Shown here in pieces: positions 61,575 to 64,000 of a stretch of DNA of 64,000 nucleotides. The notes under the pieces were generated by a model that did not search any database, was not told the origin of the DNA, and saw nothing but the letters and a program-made list of their open reading frames with translations. The number at the start of each line of letters is the position of its first letter. The first letter of the stretch is position 1. The position numbers and the translations under genes were made by a program. The DNA comes from Flavobacteriaceae bacterium. GTDB taxonomy: Bacteria > Bacteroidota > Bacteroidia > Flavobacteriales > Flavobacteriaceae. The stretch spans positions 6,161 through 70,160 of the forward strand of contig CBFHNG010000002.1 in NCBI GenBank assembly GCA_965657165.1, read 5' to 3'.

Positions 61575-62321
61575 TTAGGTTAGCATACCACCATCAACAT
61601 GCAGCGTTTGCCCTGTAATATATGCCGAAAGATCGCTAGCTAAAAAGACACAAGCATTGGCAATATCATCTGGTGATCCACCACGTTTTAGTGGAATACC
61701 AGCACGCCACTGTTCTACTGTAGCTTCATCTAGTTTTGCGGTCATTTCGGTTTCTATAAATCCGGGGGCAATTACATTGCTTCGAATGTTTCGAGAACCT
61801 AATTCAAGTGCAACCGATTTTGAAAATCCAATAATCCCTGCTTTTGATGCTGCATAATTGGTCTGTCCAGCATTTCCTTTTACACCTACAACAGAACTCA
61901 TATTGATGATAGATCCCTGACGTTGTTTAAGCATTGTACGTTGCACAGCTTTGGTCATATTGAAAACAGATTTAAGATTAACTTCAATCACTTTATCAAA
62001 GTCTTCTTCTCCCATACGCATCAAAAGGTTATCTTTTGTTATTCCAGCATTATTCACTAAAACGTCTATGGCTCCAAAATCTTCAAGAACGTCGGCTACA
62101 AGTTGTTGTGCCGCTTCAAAATTGGCTGCATTACTTTGGTATGCTTTCACTTTTACGCCAAGAGCTTGTAGTTCATTTTCGAGGGCTGTGGCTGCCTCTG
62201 AAGAAGAACTATATGTAAAGGCTACATTGGTACCATGTTGTGCAAAAACGGTAGCAATCCCCTTTCCTATACCTCTACTGGCACCTGTAACGATTGCTGT
62301 TTTTCCTTCTAATAATTTCAT
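61575..62321 (-). CDS. fabG: 3-oxoacyl-ACP reductase
   Basis: TGASRGIG, NNAGITKD, SSVVG..GNAGQTNYAASKAG, ITGQTLHVDGGM. TATCTTTG box at 62350-62357. Confidence 0.96.
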   Translation of the reverse strand: MKLLEGKTAIVTGASRGIGKGIATVFAQHGTNVAFTYSSSSEAATALENELQALGVKVKAYQSNAANFEAAQQLVADVLEDFGAIDVLVNNAGITKDNLLMRMGEEDFDKVIEVNLKSVFNMTKAVQRTMLKQRQGSIINMSSVVGVKGNAGQTNYAASKAGIIGFSKSVALELGSRNIRSNVIAPGFIETEMTAKLDEATVEQWRAGIPLKRGGSPDDIANACVFLASDLSAYITGQTLHVDGGMLT

Positions 62322-62415
62322 TTGCTTTGTGTTGGTTTTAAATATGGCTCAAAGATAGAAATTCCTTGTTGATATTCAATTTCTCAGTTAAAAAAAGAAA
62401 AACCCTTTTTTTGCT

Positions 62416-63069
62416 CTAATTTCCCTTTTTATAATCAGCTAAAAACTTAGCTAATCCTATGTCAGTCAATGGGTGTTTAAGAAGTCCTTCAATAGAACTT
62501 AATGGGCCAGTCATAACGTCAGCTCCAATTTTTGCACAATCGATAACGTGCATAGTATGACGTACAGAAGCAGCTAAGATTTCAGTTTCAAATCCGTAGT
62601 TGTCATAAATATGACGAATTTCGGCAATTAAATTAAGGCCATCTGTAGAGATATCGTCTAGCCGTCCAATAAATGGCGAGACGTAAGTAGCCCCAGCTTT
62701 AGCAGCTAAAATGGCTTGACCAGGTGAAAACACTAGTGTTACATTCGTTTTTATACCTTTGTCGCTAAAATATTTACAAGCTTTTACCCCTGCTTTTATC
62801 ATTGGGAGTTTGACAACAATCTGTGGGTGTAATGCAGCAAGAGCTTCCCCTTCTTTTACCATACCCTCAAAATCAGTTGCAATAACTTCTGCAGAAACAT
62901 CACCGTCAACAATCTCACAAATGGCTTTATAGTGGTTTAAAATATTATCGGCACCTGTAATTCCTTCTTTAGCCATCAATGATGGATTGGTGGTTACACC
63001 ATCAAGAACACCAAGATCTTGAGCGTCTTTAATTTGATCTAAATTTGCGGTATCGATAAAAAATTTCAT
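62416..63069 (-). CDS. tal: Transaldolase (TalC/FSA family)
   Basis: FIDTA, GVTTNPS, VVKLP (Schiff-base Lys). VSAEV (Glu) and SPFIGR (Phe) indicate transaldolase rather than FSA. Confidence 0.93.
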   Translation of the reverse strand: MKFFIDTANLDQIKDAQDLGVLDGVTTNPSLMAKEGITGADNILNHYKAICEIVDGDVSAEVIATDFEGMVKEGEALAALHPQIVVKLPMIKAGVKACKYFSDKGIKTNVTLVFSPGQAILAAKAGATYVSPFIGRLDDISTDGLNLIAEIRHIYDNYGFETEILAASVRHTMHVIDCAKIGADVMTGPLSSIEGLLKHPLTDIGLAKFLADYKKGN

Positions 63070-63169
63070 TTGTTTTGTTTTAAAGTTGATTTGTAAAAAT
63101 AAAATATTAGCGCACTACACCAAAGGTGATAAGCATAATTATATTAACAAGATTAAAGAGTTTTAAACA

Positions 63170-63973
63170 TTAAAGTTTATAAAATGACATCAAAAGGCGT
63201 TCAAAAACTTTGTCTGGAAGAACACGCTTTAGAATAATAGAAAATTTTTGTAAAAATGCGCCTACTTTGTAATGAATTTTTGGGTGTTTCGTTTCTATAA
63301 TGTCATGTACAATTTTAGCTAATATCATAGGGTCTTCTCCATCGTCAACATGAGTATTAAGCAACTCTAAAGTTGTACCATAAGTTTTTTTGTAAGGGGA
63401 ATTTTCAAGCAATGGCGCATGGTATCGACCAGCGGCAATATTAGTTGAAAAATCGCCTGGTGCGACGTTGGTCATGCAAACACCAAATGTTTTTAGCTCC
63501 ATTCGATAGGCCTCAGTTATAAGCTCAAAAGCGCCTTTGCTTGCACTATATACCCCACGAAAAGGTAATCCCATATATCCTGCAATAGATGTGATGTTGA
63601 TAATTAGTCCCGATTTATGCGAACGCATATTTGGCAAAACAGCATTAATCATTCCTATGGGGCCAAATAAATTAGTTTCAAAATTGTTTTTCATTTCGGC
63701 CATCGGAATTTCTTCCATTGGCCCAGTAATTCCTACTCCTGCATTGTTTATGAGTACATCAATTTTAGAGACTTTGTCCAATAGTTCTTTAACACAATTC
63801 AAAATTGAATCGGGATTTGTAACGTCTAATTTTATAATGGTAAATTTTGAGTTATTGTATTTTTCAGGAAAACGACTAGTCCCATATACACGATACCCTT
63901 TATTTGTAAGATATTCTCCTATGGATTTTCCAATTCCAGATGATCCGCCAGTTATAAGGACAGTTTTTGACAT
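63170..63973 (-). CDS. SDR family oxidoreductase
   Basis: TGGSSGIG, NNAG, Ser (TSIAG), YSASK. Confidence 0.93.
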   Translation of the reverse strand: MSKTVLITGGSSGIGKSIGEYLTNKGYRVYGTSRFPEKYNNSKFTIIKLDVTNPDSILNCVKELLDKVSKIDVLINNAGVGITGPMEEIPMAEMKNNFETNLFGPIGMINAVLPNMRSHKSGLIINITSIAGYMGLPFRGVYSASKGAFELITEAYRMELKTFGVCMTNVAPGDFSTNIAAGRYHAPLLENSPYKKTYGTTLELLNTHVDDGEDPMILAKIVHDIIETKHPKIHYKVGAFLQKFSIILKRVLPDKVFERLLMSFYKL

Positions 63974-64000
63974 ACTTTTGTGGTAATTTATAAGTTAAAT

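Noticed and set aside
1481-63986. Numerous 60-160 aa antisense or alternate-frame ORFs in the track (e.g. 20508-20993, 57789-58139, 61951-62358, 63537-63986)
   Set aside because: They lie within or mostly overlap well-supported conserved genes and show no recognisable motifs, so they are treated as shadow ORFs.
1-64000. tRNA/rRNA genes, IS elements, integrases
   Set aside because: The intergenic gaps are short and AT-rich with no cloverleaf or rRNA-like sequence seen, and no ORF carries transposase or recombinase motifs.

Overview
AT-rich, gene-dense chromosomal core region of a Bacteroidota (Flavobacteriaceae-type) bacterium. This assignment rests on the fused lpxC-fabZ, porX-tsaE, orphan sucD, Bacteroidota-type parE/parC and recurrent TAnnTTTG -7 promoter boxes. 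The window carries ychF (5' truncated), parE-parC, aroB, proline dehydrogenase, a porX-tsaE-ald-like operon, an HD-lpxD-lpxC/fabZ-lpxA-efp-lpxD2-sucD cluster, ABC-F, dnaN, phoH, purC, acs, several peptidases, ilvDBNCA, a complete his operon with a leader-peptide attenuator, fabG and transaldolase. I found no rRNA, tRNA, CRISPR array, transposase or phage genes. Points most worth follow-up: (1) an accessory two-lipoprotein cassette pairing a ClpP-fold Ser/His hydrolase with a shortened serpin-like protein (21.1-23.1 kb); (2) an unannotated promoter-to-terminator unit with 20-bp tandem repeats and a possible 16-aa His-rich peptide, facing the ZIP metal transporter (35.8-36.0 kb); (3) a sliding-clamp-binding-like motif (QITLF) ending ParC; (4) an 'alanine dehydrogenase' with two canonical catalytic residues substituted; (5) a probable ~41-kb inversion and absence of gldFG at their usual locus; (6) an array of TTACA-N2-TGTAA palindromes beside an XRE regulator. 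All family calls come from motif recognition by eye, not database searches.
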